Source of the DNA: Catajapyx aquilonaris
Lineage: Eukaryota
Direction of reading: 5' to 3'
DNA: 61,198 nucleotides
Assembly (NCBI GenBank): GCA_000934665.2
Contig: KZ538653.1
Coordinates: 1 to 61,198 of the forward strand
The translations under genes and the position numbers were made by a program. Positions 26,265 to 39,510 of this stretch are shown one piece after another. The notes under the pieces were generated by a model that was given only the letters and a program-made list of their open reading frames with translations, was not told the origin of the DNA and ran no database searches. The first letter of the stretch is position 1. Each line of letters opens with the position of its first letter.

Positions 26265-27250
26265 GATGGGTGTTAAGTCACTTTTCCTCTGGAGAAATTA
26301 CAGTTACTTTAAATAAATTATGGAACAAACATTCAATATCTTTGGGATAATGCCGTATACAAACTTCAAACCCTCATATCTTGATATTACTAAACTTTTA
26401 TTTCTATCTTTCCGCATATCTGTCCAACAATATATTCGTCTGATTGATTGGCATTCAGAAAATACTTTTATTATATTTTAATAAACCTGTCATTATTCTT
26501 TACAAAATGTTATGCTCGCAATTGTTATTTGATATCATGTTGTTCTCGTAAGCTACTGCCGGCCAACAAGGCCCGGATTTACTTCTTATAATATATTATC
26601 TCTTCATAACCACCGACAGTACCACCGACAGTATGTTAATACCACATTATTGCCGTTATATAATTATTTCCACATATTAATATTGTAGCTGATAAGTTGA
26701 ATCTATTATTTATTGATATGAATTATTGGTTCCTTTTAAAAGGAACCAATAATTCGAATCACTAATGAAGCTTAAATAATTATTGCAAATTCATATCAAT
26801 AAATAATAGATTCAACTTATCAGCTACAATATTAATATGTGGAAATAATTATATAACGGCAATAATGTGGTATTAACATACTGTCGGTGGTAATACTGTC
26901 GGTGGCTATGAAGAGATAATATATTATAAGAAGTAAATCCGGGCCTTGTTGGCCGGCAGTAGCTTACGAGAACAACATGATATCAAATAACAATTGCGAG
27001 CATAACATTTTGTAAAGAATAATGACAGGTTTATTAAAATATAATAAAAGTATTTTCTGAATGCCAATCAATCAGACGAATATATTGTTGGACAGATATG
27101 CGGAAAGATAGAAATAAAAGTTTAGTAATATCAAGATATGAGGGTTTGAAGTTTGTATACGGCATTATCCCAAAGATATTGAATTTTTGTTCCATAATTT
27201 ATTTAAAGTAACTGTAATTTCTCCAGAGGAAAAGTGACTTAACACCCATC
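26265..27250. repeat. Long inverted repeat: arms 26265-26724 and 26788-27250, 63-nt spacer
   Basis: The arms are reverse complements apart from two substitutions and one 3-nt indel found by eye; a perfect 36-bp palindrome lies at 26720-26755. Confidence 0.95.
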
Positions 27251-27639
27251 GGAAAGTACACTTCGAGTTCTAACTCAATATTGGCCAAATTGTGACTGGG
27301 CGTTCTTATTTATAGGTCTTCAATTGCGGCTATACAAAGCTAACTGATTTTAAAAATAAACAGCAAATGAGGCAATACAATCATGTCTTGCCTGCAAATT
27401 ACACGTTAACCGGTGCTCAAACCTTACACTCTTTTAAACACATGCACATTTCATAACTATAGAAGTGGGTACGAGTGGTATTTCTCGGTATTTCTCTTTT
27501 CTTTATTTATCCAGAGTAAAACAACTCATATGTTTTATATCATTAATAATTAATAATTAATTCATACCCCGTTATCAGCCATCGGCTCTTTAGGGGGGAA
27601 GTTTGTTTTGCCTGGAACTCTTTGCTTTTCATTTTACTG

Positions 27640-27830
27640 TGCTCTTTGGGGTAGGATAGGGACGGAAGGAAGCGGCTGTGGCCTATTAATTACGGAAGCA
27701 ACTCCGGAATTTTCCTGGAAGGACCGTGGGAAACCACAGAAAACCAAGGTCAGAGTTGCCGGCCCCGGGATTTGATCCCAGGACCTCCCGATTAGCAGTC
27801 GGACACCATATTCCCTCCTCCAAACTTCTT
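27640..27830 (-). mobile_element. tRNA-derived SINE
   Basis: Minus strand has a B-box-like GGGATCAAATCC, then GGTTTTCTGTGGTTTCCC...CCAGGAAAATTCCGG...AGGCCACAGCCGCTTCCTTCC, a body typical of insect SINEs. Confidence 0.7.
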
Positions 27831-29973
27831 CGGTCATATGCTTTATACACATTTATGACAATAAAAAAGATTTTCTGATTCACCAACAATAACACAAAAT
27901 GACAAAGCGAACTCTGACGCAGGAGCTTACCTAGATAGGGGAGCGATATGGTCCTGGTTCAAAATAGTTCCTTGACACATTCTCACAATAGTTCTCAATG
28001 TCAATCGCGTTATTACATAACTGTTGCTGTGGAAAAAGGACATGTCACTAACTAACAGAGGAACAGCGGACATGAAAATAATGTGACGCAATCGTTACTG
28101 CCACATCACTGCTTTCACTCTAGGCCCACTTTTATAATGTTGGAAGAGCAACCTAAAGAAAAAATAATCCACTTTTCTTGATGTCAATTTTGGAATGAAA
28201 TATATTTACGAAAAAATGACAATGATACATGCTCACTAGTTGAACAACTGCGCACTTCTCTCCTTGCAGGTGTTACTAACAGTCAGGTCAATGGTCATAA
28301 TATGAGGGGGTTCATGTAACTAAATATAATTATCATGAATATTCTATTCAAAATCATGACCACGTAGGAATAGGGTAGAACAAATTCCTAGTAATATAAA
28401 TTCATTTGAATGGGCTCGTCTCCTGGGAGATAATATTTCTGGAAAACACCCCATAGGTCAACTATTTCCGATGTGAACATCTTCAGGTGTCCCCTTTTAT
28501 TTCAACAGGAAGGCTTTATAACTACCTATTATTTCTACGTAGTTCAGATTTTAGATCAAAGGAGCCCAGAAAGGTATTTTGGAACTGCAAAGCAGGAAAG
28601 CCAGGCATGAGATACCAGGTGAAAAGGAGCATAGTTTAGAAATTAGCAGATTAGAAAGGGTCGGGCTTCGACGTCGCAGTTTATTTTCGTTATATTGGCG
28701 GCCTTTTGAGCAGTTAGGAAGTTTCTGGATTATTCTCATTATTCAAAGCTTCAAGTTTGACATGCGTAAGGCAATTTTTTGTGTGGAATTTGGCCTTGTA
28801 TTGACAGCAGACAATGGCTACAATTAATGCGGATATCACGTGATAGACCTATGATCATTTATGAGCTCAGAGTACCAGAATTATTCGATAGCTCTGGTAT
28901 TGATAGATTTTGAAATATTTTCTTTTTGCAATATTTCAGCTTATTCCGTGCCGCTATAGGAAATACAGGAACGTTTCTAGTGATCGATTTTTCATCTCAC
29001 AGACGCCCCCAGTTGAATCAACCAATCACAAAGGTGAATTCAAATCTTTGGCCAACCCTGTCATGATTTCGGCTAGGAGTCAAATAGTTCAGGAGCGCTT
29101 CTGTGATTGGCATAATCAAACAGTCATCTGAGGAATCCCCTCTTCCTCCGCCTTGACTCCATGACGACTTTGAGGTTGTGAACTTTCCTCTTCGGGCTCA
29201 TATGGGTAAAATGACCTTAGGGCACGCCAGAAAATAGTTGATACAAAGTTTATCGTGCTTTAAGAAAATTATCCTTAATTCCTGATATGTTATTTTTGTT
29301 ATTATCTTCTGTTATTCATATTGTAATATTAAAATGTCTCCCAAAAGCGGAAGACTTGGCACAAAAATAACTGAGTGTGAATTGAGTGACATTTGGCATT
29401 TGTGGAAATTATATATTCAATTTTACATGCATTTTTTTTTTTGCAAAATTATAGATTGTTAAGAGAAAACTAAAGGTTAAATGTCAAAACCACATTGACA
29501 AAAAATGAATTCTGACACTTGAATGTGGGCGGTTGTTCAGAGAGATCAGTCGTCACGAAAGCGTGTTTATATCGCTTCAGTACCAGAGTAATAACGAACC
29601 AATCAAGAGATGATATAATGAAAGGGGCTAGCCCCAATTACGACCAAGTAACGTGAACATAGGTTTTTTGGAGTGTTGGAGAAAATAAAAGAATCCTGAA
29701 AAAATAAATCCCAAGAAAAACCCGATAAAACCTAAATGAACGATAACTAATATTTTCCTACTAGATCTTATCACAATCACTCTTTAGACGTTTTTTTTTT
29801 TTTGCGTGGCACTATAATTTTGACAAAAAGCATGAGCCGTTTCTGTATTGTGTCAGAAAACTAAGTGACTTTTCGGTACGAAAAGGTTTTCGTGGCATGT
29901 TTCTGACATACGGACAAGAAACTATGAAAATCCAGGTTAAAGGGACTCACATGTTGTTAAAATGTTGTGAAAA

Positions 29974-30180
29974 GGGAGACACGGTGGCGGAGTGGTTAGC
30001 GCCGCAGCCTTCCACCTCATTTCTTCACTCGGTCCTGAGTTCGATCCCCGGGTCGGACGGAGGATACTTGTGGATAGAGCTTCGATGGGTTCTCTTCGTG
30101 TTCGCGTAGATTTTCTCGGGGTTCGTTTCTACTCGTACCGTATATCTCTTGTGTTGGGACTATAACACTCATCATACGAA
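29974..30180 (+). mobile_element. tRNA-derived SINE (3' end approximate)
   Basis: A-box TGGCGGAGTGG (29985) and B-box GAGTTCGATCC (30037); no closing tRNA acceptor stem. Confidence 0.7.
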
Positions 30181-30791
30181 AAAAATTCATACACCCTTGG
30201 CGTCTCCGGTCTATCTTAAGAATTGCTCTGAATATCAAATCAAATATAGAAGGAAGCAGCAGCACAGCCCAGGGGTATACGAAACCCTCCGAGGCATCTA
30301 AACACAAGTATTGAGGCACAAAATATACAGTTACCATCACCTCACTCTGAACAAGACAACGAAATATGAAATTGTTTCATGATGTCTAAATCCCATTCTT
30401 TCGGCAGGATTTTGTCCAATGCTTCATGGCATGTCATGAAAATTTAATAAAAATAGACGGCATTAGTATTTTGTATATTCATTACAATATTGTCACCAAT
30501 AGATAACCGCTTTACCGTTCAACCCTCCTAGTTTCGAAGAACCAACACTTCTGTTATTTATATACTGTATGAGTAAAAGGATATCAGACATAATGACCGT
30601 CATACCTGGGGAAACAATAACGTGCTTCACCATGCGATTCATGGTCTGAGAAATAAAGCCAATGCATTCGTCCTCACACTGAATAATATTATCATAGGTT
30701 ATGTTAAATATCATGTGTTCTATATTTTTGAATTTTAAGTTTGGGAACATAGCTACATACAGTATAAATGCAAATTGCACAAATATGAGTA

Positions 30792-31005
30792 CAGATTGAA
30801 AATCCTTTATCCTAAATGCTTGGTACTGAAAGTGTTTCGAACTTTGGATTTTTTTAAGGATTCTGGAATGTCATATTCATATCTATAAAATGGGACAGCT
30901 TTCGGATGGGACGAATGTCCGAAAGTGATATCCATATACATTTCTTAATGGAGGTTGCACATTATCCCTGGAGATAGCTTTATGTAAATTATTAATAATG
31001 TTGTA
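30792..31005 (+). mobile_element. Tigger/pogo terminal fragment resembling Tigger4/MER46
   Basis: TA followed by CAGATTGAAAATCCTTTATCCTAAATGCTTGGTACTGAAAGTGTTTCGAACTTTGGATTTTTT...GGATGGGAC, which parallels the Tigger4/MER46 end as I recall it. Confidence 0.6.
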
Positions 31006-31334
31006 TTACAGAGACATGGGTAATGAACTAATGATCGAGGGGTTAGTCACTTTTCTTTGTCTGGGTTCAAATAATTAGGCTGGTGTATTTTATTGAATTT
31101 AATGACAGTTGTATAAACCGGCATGTGATTGTTTTTTCTTGACCGGCACAGAACCAGTGTTTCATCTGTTCCTATATCTGAGGGTTGAATCTGGTTAAAT
31201 CTGATATGTTATGTAAATTCAGGAGAAATAGGTAAACAAAATTTTAAATATTCTTATATAAAATATAAATGATAAAAAGTGTTATAAAATTGATCCCTTC
31301 ATGCCTTCCTGATTGTAACTTTGTTCGTGTTGTA

Positions 31335-31455
31335 CTCAACAGTTCAAAAAAGAAAAGCTACGCGTCAGGATGAAAGGAACCAGTAACTGGTTCCTTTCAT
31401 CCTGACGCGTGGCTGCCCGCTCGACGCGACGGGACAATTCTTTTTGAACTGTTGA
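31335..31455. mobile_element. Mini Tc1/mariner-type element with an internal perfect hairpin
   Basis: Outer inverted repeat TCAACAGTTCAAAAA(A)GAA / TTCTTTTTGAACTGTTGA flanked by TA; inner palindrome with 25-bp arms at 31360-31410. Confidence 0.6.
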
Positions 31456-31559
31456 TACAAACATATAAGAGTTGTGGAAAATCGCCTCCTCTGTTATAGA
31501 GAAAGCCTACGTATACCTAGCACCACCTAGTCCAAGGTACAACAAAGAGGCGTATGAAT

Positions 31560-31795
31560 TCTATAAGAGATGGTGAAGATGTGTCCTACAGCATTCCGAT
31601 GGTATATACAAGGCATTCAGCAAGGGCGTACGTAGTCAGCTTTCAAAGAGGCAGGTTTGCATACTCCCATCAGAGTTTTGACAGAGATCATTAACACCAC
31701 CTATCATGCAGTGATTGTCGAGGAAGATCACCGCATAACCGTCGATGACCTTGCCAGAATGTGTGGTCCATCCAGTGGTACAGTACATCCGCCAC
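31560..31795 (+). pseudogene. mariner transposase relic (second HTH region)
   Basis: VIVEEDHRITVDDLARMCGPSSGTVH fits the mariner pattern xxEDRRxTVxELAxxxGxSxGTVH; no intact ORF. Confidence 0.6.
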
Positions 31796-32984
31796 ACGAT
31801 TTTGCATTGACCATTTGCACATGCGATACATTTGCCCCAGATACGATGTGGCCAGACTGTTTATACTCCAGAGGAGGCAGATGCTGGTGGAGGTTTGCAA
31901 ATAGTCGCATCGTCTTGTGGCCTCACATGGTGACCAGTATCTGCTGTTCACAATCTTAGCATGTCGTACAATCATGTACACCTCTGTGGTTGTTTTATTC
32001 AAACGGAAGCAACCTCAACGAATGCCCCAACGCTGAATATTGGGGTCTCACCGCCTCGCCGACCTCCCGGCATGGCAGTGCGGAGACGAATGTGGTGAAC
32101 CTTAGGTCTACTTCCGGTGTCACATCGGGTGGCACCATATCGCCTGAGACCGCAGAATATTTGAACAAGAATCGGTGTTCTAATATTTCAATCCGTACTG
32201 GACACGATGCCCGAAAGTAATGAACTTTCCTGTAACTTTATCTGAAGTGCTTTGATGTGATCGAACAGGACATGAACAATATAAATGAGTTATGACCACG
32301 ACATCACAGTTCCGAGCCTTGTGGTCTAATGGTTTTAATAGCAATGGAAAAGGACAGTTGTCAAGGAAGAAAAGAAACATAATTAAAAATTCACCTTATG
32401 CCAGATCAGCAGAATGGTGACAGATAAATATTTATTGAAGGTCGTCGCTAATTGGACGGTGGTATGCAATAATGAGTCAACCTACATGAGAATAGGTTTG
32501 AGAAAAGGGGCTTTCAAGGTCATACCTGTGAAATTAATGCAGTGTTCTTTTCGTCCATTCATGGTAGAAATATGCAGATTTCACCTGCGTGATTTTAACT
32601 GAATGAAGTAGGATCGTTTAGTTTAGGTATATCTGTTCCTGGGCTTAACTCAATTTTGACATTTTTTGTGGGTTGACCGATTATTGCATATAGCCGTCCA
32701 ATTATGAGACATGTTTTGTCTACCATGCGGGAGTAGCCATGGAGGGTCATAATGATTTTTGTCAATGTTTGTTTCATTACTTGTCACTGCACCTTCCTGC
32801 TCACTGTCAAACCCTTATACTCGTCAGCGACGTATGCCACTGACGGATGAAATCAAAAGAGTAGTGCTGTGAAGATGTGTTGAATTCAATGAGTGCATTC
32901 TTTGATAATTAAAATCATTAATTTTTAAATGAATCATTATGCATCACTATTCCACCTTTTACGTAAGAACATCATATTTAAAAA

Positions 32985-33441
32985 TCCTTCTGGAACTTTT
33001 ACAACATATCTACCGCTTGCAGATATTGGAACTTCATGTCATGATATAAATATGTCACATCTGCGTGTGCAAAAGCCACTTTATTGTTTCGATATGTGAA
33101 TATTCTCTTTTGAAGAGCAGGAAATGTATTTTGTCTCCTAAAGAGTGACATTTTTTGACATGTTGTTTTTTGAAAGGAAAAAAAAAGGCTTCAATGATCC
33201 TTTAAACGAAGTTTCAAATTCAAGTGGTTTAAATGGAAAGAAATGTATTAAAAGCAAAGGAAGTCATCAACCACTTCAGATCATACGTCAACTCCGATTC
33301 TGACTTGCATTTTGCTGTCTCGGATAGTTTTATTTTGCCCCATTACGTAATTTAATATACGTAGTTTTAAAGGGATGCTTCCCTTTCGCGGGCCACAATG
33401 AAATCAGTGTCCCGCCGGCCACAAGTGACATCCCTGGCCTA
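32985..33441 (+). mobile_element. Decayed hAT element 3' end (dimerisation-domain relic plus terminus)
   Basis: Frameshifted fragments resembling E-x-x-FS-x-AGNV and FDMLFF; terminus GCGGGCCAC...CCCGCCGGCCACAAGTGACATCCCTG resembles hAT ends. Confidence 0.4.
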
Positions 33442-34534
33442 GCATATTATGATTGAGAATTATCATCCTCTCATTCACATTTTGCGATAATAATATCAGT
33501 CACTTCAATTATTAAATTTATTTTACTGCACGCTTGTTTAATAACTGTCGGAAAAGGGCTTCCTGTTGGTCTTTATATGTGACAGTACAGTTGAACAGGT
33601 GATGTGCATTTTTTTTTCTTTCTGAATCATAGCAGATGGTATAATGAAGCATCGTACCTCATCTAGAGAAGTGCACATCGTAATATTATTAACACCACGC
33701 GATTTTCACCCTTTGTAAGTTAATATGTAATGTATGCTACATATTGCGCAGATAAGCCGATATTTTCATATTTGTTTCTATTCTAGAGATTATGAGGCGA
33801 ATTTGGGAACTTTTGTATGAACAATGAAAAGACCACAAGAGACATAGGCAAGCCGCGATCTCGCTAATTGGCAATAAGCGGCATTTCGAGAAAAAATGCG
33901 AGGTTTAAAAATTTCCGGAAGAATTTTTTGATACATACATAATACATACATACATACACGCATTCAATCGCGGCTATTCACTGTATTGGTCTTACAAGAT
34001 GGCCAGGTTGTGTATACCTGATCATTGATGGCAAACCACGTCATGGAATTAATACCGCGAAGAAAATTAACTAATACTGACAGTGAGTATTTGAATCATT
34101 TAATACACTAGTTTAATTGGNCCAGGTTGAAGATTGTGGTTCTGATGGTTTCTTTATTGTTCGAAATGCATACAATGGTGTTTGATAACATCTGCTACGT
34201 TATTTCGGGGAGTGCCGAGATCAATACTGTATTGCTAGTGCTCAATGTGACACTATATCGTATTCAATCAAGTATTAGTATTTTCCCAGTATAAATTTGT
34301 ATCCTTAAGAAGTTAAAACACTCTGACTCGCCTACCAATGTGAATATACGGTAGGTCCAGTCACAGATAATACCAATTTCAAACGCATAACACTGGGCAA
34401 TACACAAAAAAATTATCAAATGAAATTGCCAATCTTGACTAATTGCGAGGTGCTTAACACGAAAATGACAATAAAATTTGTCGTTTGGCTCTAGTTTGGA
34501 GATGGAGATAGTCAGTCATATATGGCCATGTATA

Positions 34535-34959
34535 CAGGGTGTATCTGAACTCAGTGCCCCACGTATATGACTGCCTTCCTAGCCACCAGAGGATCGATTT
34601 AAGTATAGGAGTCATTATATCTGGCCGCCGCATTACTGAGATAATTGGCCGCGCAAACATGTAGTACAAAATATCCTGTCGGTTAGGCCACCCATCGAAC
34701 CCTCCCCCAGTCAGAAGGCTCTGGAAGGTCTGGGGGCGGGACTTTGTTGGTTTGTTGCCCACAGGTGGTAAGGCCTCTTTGGCTAGTTACACCAGAAAAT
34801 TCTATTTAAAAGTCAGAAGGAGCGATTAGGCAAAAATCGCTAAAGAGTGTATCTCCGTAATGCGGCGGCCAAACATAATGATTCCTATACTTAAATCGAT
34901 CCTCTGGTGGCTAGGAAGGCAGTCATATACGTCGGGGCACTGAGTTCAGATACACCCTA
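34535..34959. mobile_element. Tc1/mariner-type MITE with TIRs of about 109 bp and TA TSD
   Basis: TA-CAGGGTGTATCTGAACTCAGTGCCCC... (34535-34643) is mirrored at 34850-34959 and followed by TA. Confidence 0.85.
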
Positions 34960-35431
34960 TATACACGACATACAAGGGAACATCGCTAATTTCTATGTGA
35001 AGTTCATGTTCAAAATGTGTTGCTAAGAAGAAAGCACCTTTCCAGAAAAGCCCTCTGGTTCTCAAGAATTCATGAGATACGGTGGTCAAAAGGTCAAAAA
35101 ATTATCCATTTTGCAAGGATCTGAAGAAGATGGATTTTATTAGTGATATCGGCAAGGTTTTTGGTGCATAACGGTTTTTTTTGCATGGAGAAAACAATAG
35201 TAAAGCTGACAATTATGAATTATGACATATAAGTGTACTTTTCAGGGAAGAGGAAGGGGGAAGTGTCGAAAATGAGTAAAAAACAGTATCTTCTAGTGCA
35301 TGAAAGCAAAAGGAGTTTTTAGACATTGACCTAGACACGCAAGGTGGTGGACTTTATTATTTATTATCGGAACCTTCAAATCATTAAGAAATAGCTACTT
35401 TAGTCTGCAATATAGGCAGTATAAGCGGACC

Positions 35432-35463
35432 TTTACTGGTTTACTGGTTACTGGTTTACTGGT
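35432..35463 (+). repeat. Short tandem repeat (TTTACTGG) x about 4
   Basis: tttactggtttactggttactggtttactgg is directly visible. Confidence 0.8.
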
Positions 35464-36765
35464 ACACACCATATGTAATGCAGTACGTATTCCTCTGTTA
35501 TGTAAGAAATATTGCGGATTTTTCAGGAATCGTAGCCAATTTTGGATTTTTATTGTGATATTCGTGATCAGCACATTGAAATCTTTAATAAATGCCTACG
35601 TTCCATACCGGCATTGTTACACCGTAAATAAATTCAGGCCAAACCCGGGCAAAACCACTACTACCATATGAGTATGACAGATAGATGTTCCCATTTTCAT
35701 GCCCAAATACCTCCCTTTTTGACTCTTTTTCTGGACAAGTGGATCTGTCAGGTTTTGGGGAGACGAAAGTGGTTTCAATTACATTTCACCGACCTAGTAC
35801 AGTAAAGCATATTGCTCAGTAAAAGTGCTTATTAGGATGCAGCATTTAATGTGTAAAAAGAGGAATGATGCATGAGTGCAGCAATAATTAGTCAAAAAGT
35901 ATATTAACATCCTCGGGACTGTAAACTATTGCAAGTATTTTTAGTCTCCTATTGCGTTTGTTAATTTTATACTCTCCCAAGCATAAAACTTGTGAACGTA
36001 TTAATTTTACAGCACATTGGTGTGCTGCAGACAAAATTGATATATGCTCAAGTATTACTTCACTCTATATTGTCCCCCGTGTCCTGCACCATCGTAATTA
36101 TTTAGGTCGGAATTTTGCAAAGCAAGCGGAATGCATTTCATTGATATACCGTAAGTAAAATATGTCGAGTGTACAGCAGTATGTAGTGATTAGTCAGTAA
36201 CAGTGGCGTCATAACAAATGGGGTCAACGAGTAATATATTTACTAAATAAATGCGTAATTAAAAGTTCACATGGTTCCTTTTGAAGTGCCTATTGAACCG
36301 CTTTTATCCATTAGCTATAATAAGCAACCGCTTTGTTATGCGCTGTTGTATATTATTGAAATATTTCATCGCGTTTTGTATGATTATCGTATGCATTAAA
36401 TTGCGCAGCAGTATTCAAAATTAAAATCGGTATCTTAATTATAATCCAAAACCTTTGCTAATGAAATGCAATTCCCACATGTGTGATGTTAACCATACTG
36501 ACGCACATTCGATATTGCACGTAAACAGCAGTGTTGAGTTATAGAATTATTAGATTTTCATAATGCAATAGTGAATAGTGTTAGTAGATTTAAAATTTAA
36601 TGCAACAATCTTTATCCAAAATGCCTATTCATTGTATTGCGAAAGTATCTTTTCCCATCGTGATCATATCATAAAGTAACCAGATGCCTTACATCAGAAT
36701 GACATTATTAATGAAGTCACAGTAAACGTTGGGAAACTAGTGTAAGAATGACAATAAGCAGATGG

Positions 36766-37066
36766 GCATGGTGGTCTTAGTGGCTATGCTATACTGGCCA
36801 GCCAAGCGGGAGGTCCGGGGTTCAAATCCCTTCCCCGATCACCTTCGCTTCGTCGAGAGTCTTTTTCTGCTTTTCACTCGACATGTCCGAGCAGAATTGC
36901 CCTCACTTCTCTGCCCAGGGCCAAGAGAAAAGGTCTTAAGAGCAAGGTCTTAAGAGGGTCAGAATTGAGTACTTAAGAGCGCCCTCATTTGGGACCCCCC
37001 CCCCCCCCCGCCCACCTAAGAGGGCCTCCGGCCCTGTCACGGGGTATTACAAACGAACAAACAAAA
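36766..37066 (+). mobile_element. tRNA-derived SINE
   Basis: A-box TGGTCTTAGTGG (36772), B-box GGTTCAAATCC (36819), and an (AAAC)-type tail near 37050-37066. Confidence 0.7.
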
Positions 37067-39309
37067 TTATAAGCTTACTTGTATAACAAGGAATTTCGTC
37101 GCAATCAGTGATTCACGAATGACACTATTCCGATGAACCGAAAATGACTGAATATCGGGCAGCTGTTTCACTGAACAGTGAACAGTGAATGTAAAAGAAA
37201 TGGGAATGAAAGGTGAATATGATTAAATCTAATAATTACGAACAGAAGTTGAATTGGAGTGGAATTGAATGTGACGCGAGAACGCGTAATGAATCGAATT
37301 GAGTTAATTAATTTTTAAGTGAATTGTGCCCATCACACACTCAAAAAAGCGCCAGTAAAGTAAGCAAATAAACGTGATTTTTTAAGAAAAAATTTCAACC
37401 TTATACGCTTTATAGTGCGTCGTATCGGTCGCATTGCTGAATGCACTTTTCTCTACGTACAAATTATTTACATTACTTACACTAAATACGGTGCAATGAA
37501 TAATTTTGGCCTATGAATAGCGAAAATTACTCATCACTCTCGGTGGAACGATTTAAGTGGATTTGAATGAATAATTTACTTCCTGATTCCCTGACTGCTT
37601 TAATTAGTCATATCCATTAAATTTTTAAACATATGAATCCATTTTAAACGGTTAAAAGCTACCGTACACAATAGGTTCACTACACTTTCTCTCAACATAA
37701 ATTTTGTATTCTACGTCTTCTTCGCTTTTTTCAAAATTTTCGCCACCAATCACCAATGAAGCAGTTTTTTAAATGATCCAAACTGTGTTTGGTCACCGGA
37801 AGTTGTATCTTTAAAGTAACAATAACAACTTCCACGTTATTATTGACAGATTATTGAACTATGGGGGAAGTACAGGGGCAATCTTTAAATTTCCCTGGAA
37901 AAACGCGTCGATATTCCGAAGCTGGTGGGACAATTACTTACCAAGTACTCTAGGCTCGCAATTTTGTTCGTTTAAAAGTATCCAAACATTCTTTCATTAT
38001 AGATGTTTTGGACGCGTCATCGTTAAGTAAATGTCGAGCGACTATGCCAACAATCTGTTTACCTCGGGTGATACACGGAACTGGCAAAGTGAGGGACTGA
38101 ACCAATTTAGTTATAATATTATACTGTGTACAATGCAAACCATCCGTGAGTGATACACCTAAGGGCAAAATTATTTCAGATCCCATATATATATATTTTT
38201 AAAAGTGAGTCGAATAAAATATACTGGAATATAAATTTTAATTTAAGTCGTCGCTCAAATTTATACTCCCTGGAGTATTTTATTTAGTTATGATATATGT
38301 TACTTTAAGGTTGAACTTTCCATGAAAGGTTTTTCACGTTTCAGTTTTTTAAAAATATCTTCATTCAAAAGTTTCCCTCGACAAATTGCAACGCTAGAAC
38401 GGTTTCACCTGAATTTGACAAGGAAGCTCTTGGACAACCTTGGACGAGATTGCCTACTGCGCGAGTCAAATAGGTTGCCTTTTACACTTGACCATCACTA
38501 TGGGTAGCCTACATCGGTAGGCCTCTGAATATCTTAGCATATAACCAAAACGTTGAATTTTTGTTTTGAATGTTCGTGAATTCAGTTATATAGTATCGAT
38601 ACCGCTGTTTAAAGTCATGTTTCTATCGTGAATGCTCGCTTATTTTTAATCCTGTTATTTCAAGTCCATCTGGTCTTAACGTTGTTGCAAACTTGCAATC
38701 ATCAACTTTCAGTTTTTCTCGTATTTCTGCAGAGAAGAGGAAGATTATTTTACAGAACCCCTTTGTAGGTTATATTGATTATTTCATATGGACCTTGCAT
38801 CATACTGTACAGTATCAACTGTTGGTTTAAATTATAATGCACTAAGCGTTTTAGAACAACATGCACAATGCCATAATTATGTCAATTACGTGCAATCTGT
38901 ATAAAACTGTAATTGTCTTTTTAAATGCACCATTATTCTCACATATATGTCAGAGTCGTATATGTGACGTCGTAAGCGCATTTTAAAACACTATAGTCGG
39001 TTTTTATCATACTTTTCACTACTAGTGATGTTAAGAGTAGTTTCACAATAATACTGTACTCGTTATATTCAATCGTTAATTCATCATTGTGAAGCTACGG
39101 TTGTAAAAAGTATGACGAAGAACCGACCCCTATACGCTTTTACCTGGGTTAGTAACAGTCACTCCCGGTCGCTCCCAATAATAATTTCCATTCATTTTTA
39201 CTTCCTTCTGTATATCTACATCAAAATTCTGTACTCCTTGCTGTATACCACCATGTCGACCACCATCATCCACATTAATCAGTCAAGTCAAGGTGACATG
39301 CGGGGCCTA

Positions 39310-39510
39310 ACTATCACTTCTTTGTAGGTCTTCCACAGTATACTCTTTTATTGTATGGTATCTCCTTTGCGTCAGCTTCCCCACGGACGGCCATGTTGGA
39401 TGGGAAAGCAATCCCATGACTTGCTTGGGCTGAATTGCTCTCTCGGACCGAGCGACGAAATCATGCCGTTGTTTGGATTCTTCCATTAAGTCAAAGGAAG
39501 ATCTCATTGC
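39310..39510 (-). mobile_element. Possible RTE/CR1-like LINE ORF2 C-terminal relic
   Basis: Minus-strand peptide EESKQRHDFVARSE...PKQVM...PTW...VEDL loosely follows the RLRWxGHVxR...PKxV...VxEDL pattern. Confidence 0.25.

Noticed and set aside
29974..30060. tRNA gene candidates (also at 36766 and 46043)
   Set aside because: A and B boxes are present but there is no cloverleaf or acceptor stem, and SINE-like bodies follow.
33930..33960. (TACA)n tract suggesting a Helentron/DINE-like element
   Set aside because: Diagnostic subterminal inverted repeats and 3' hairpin were not identified.
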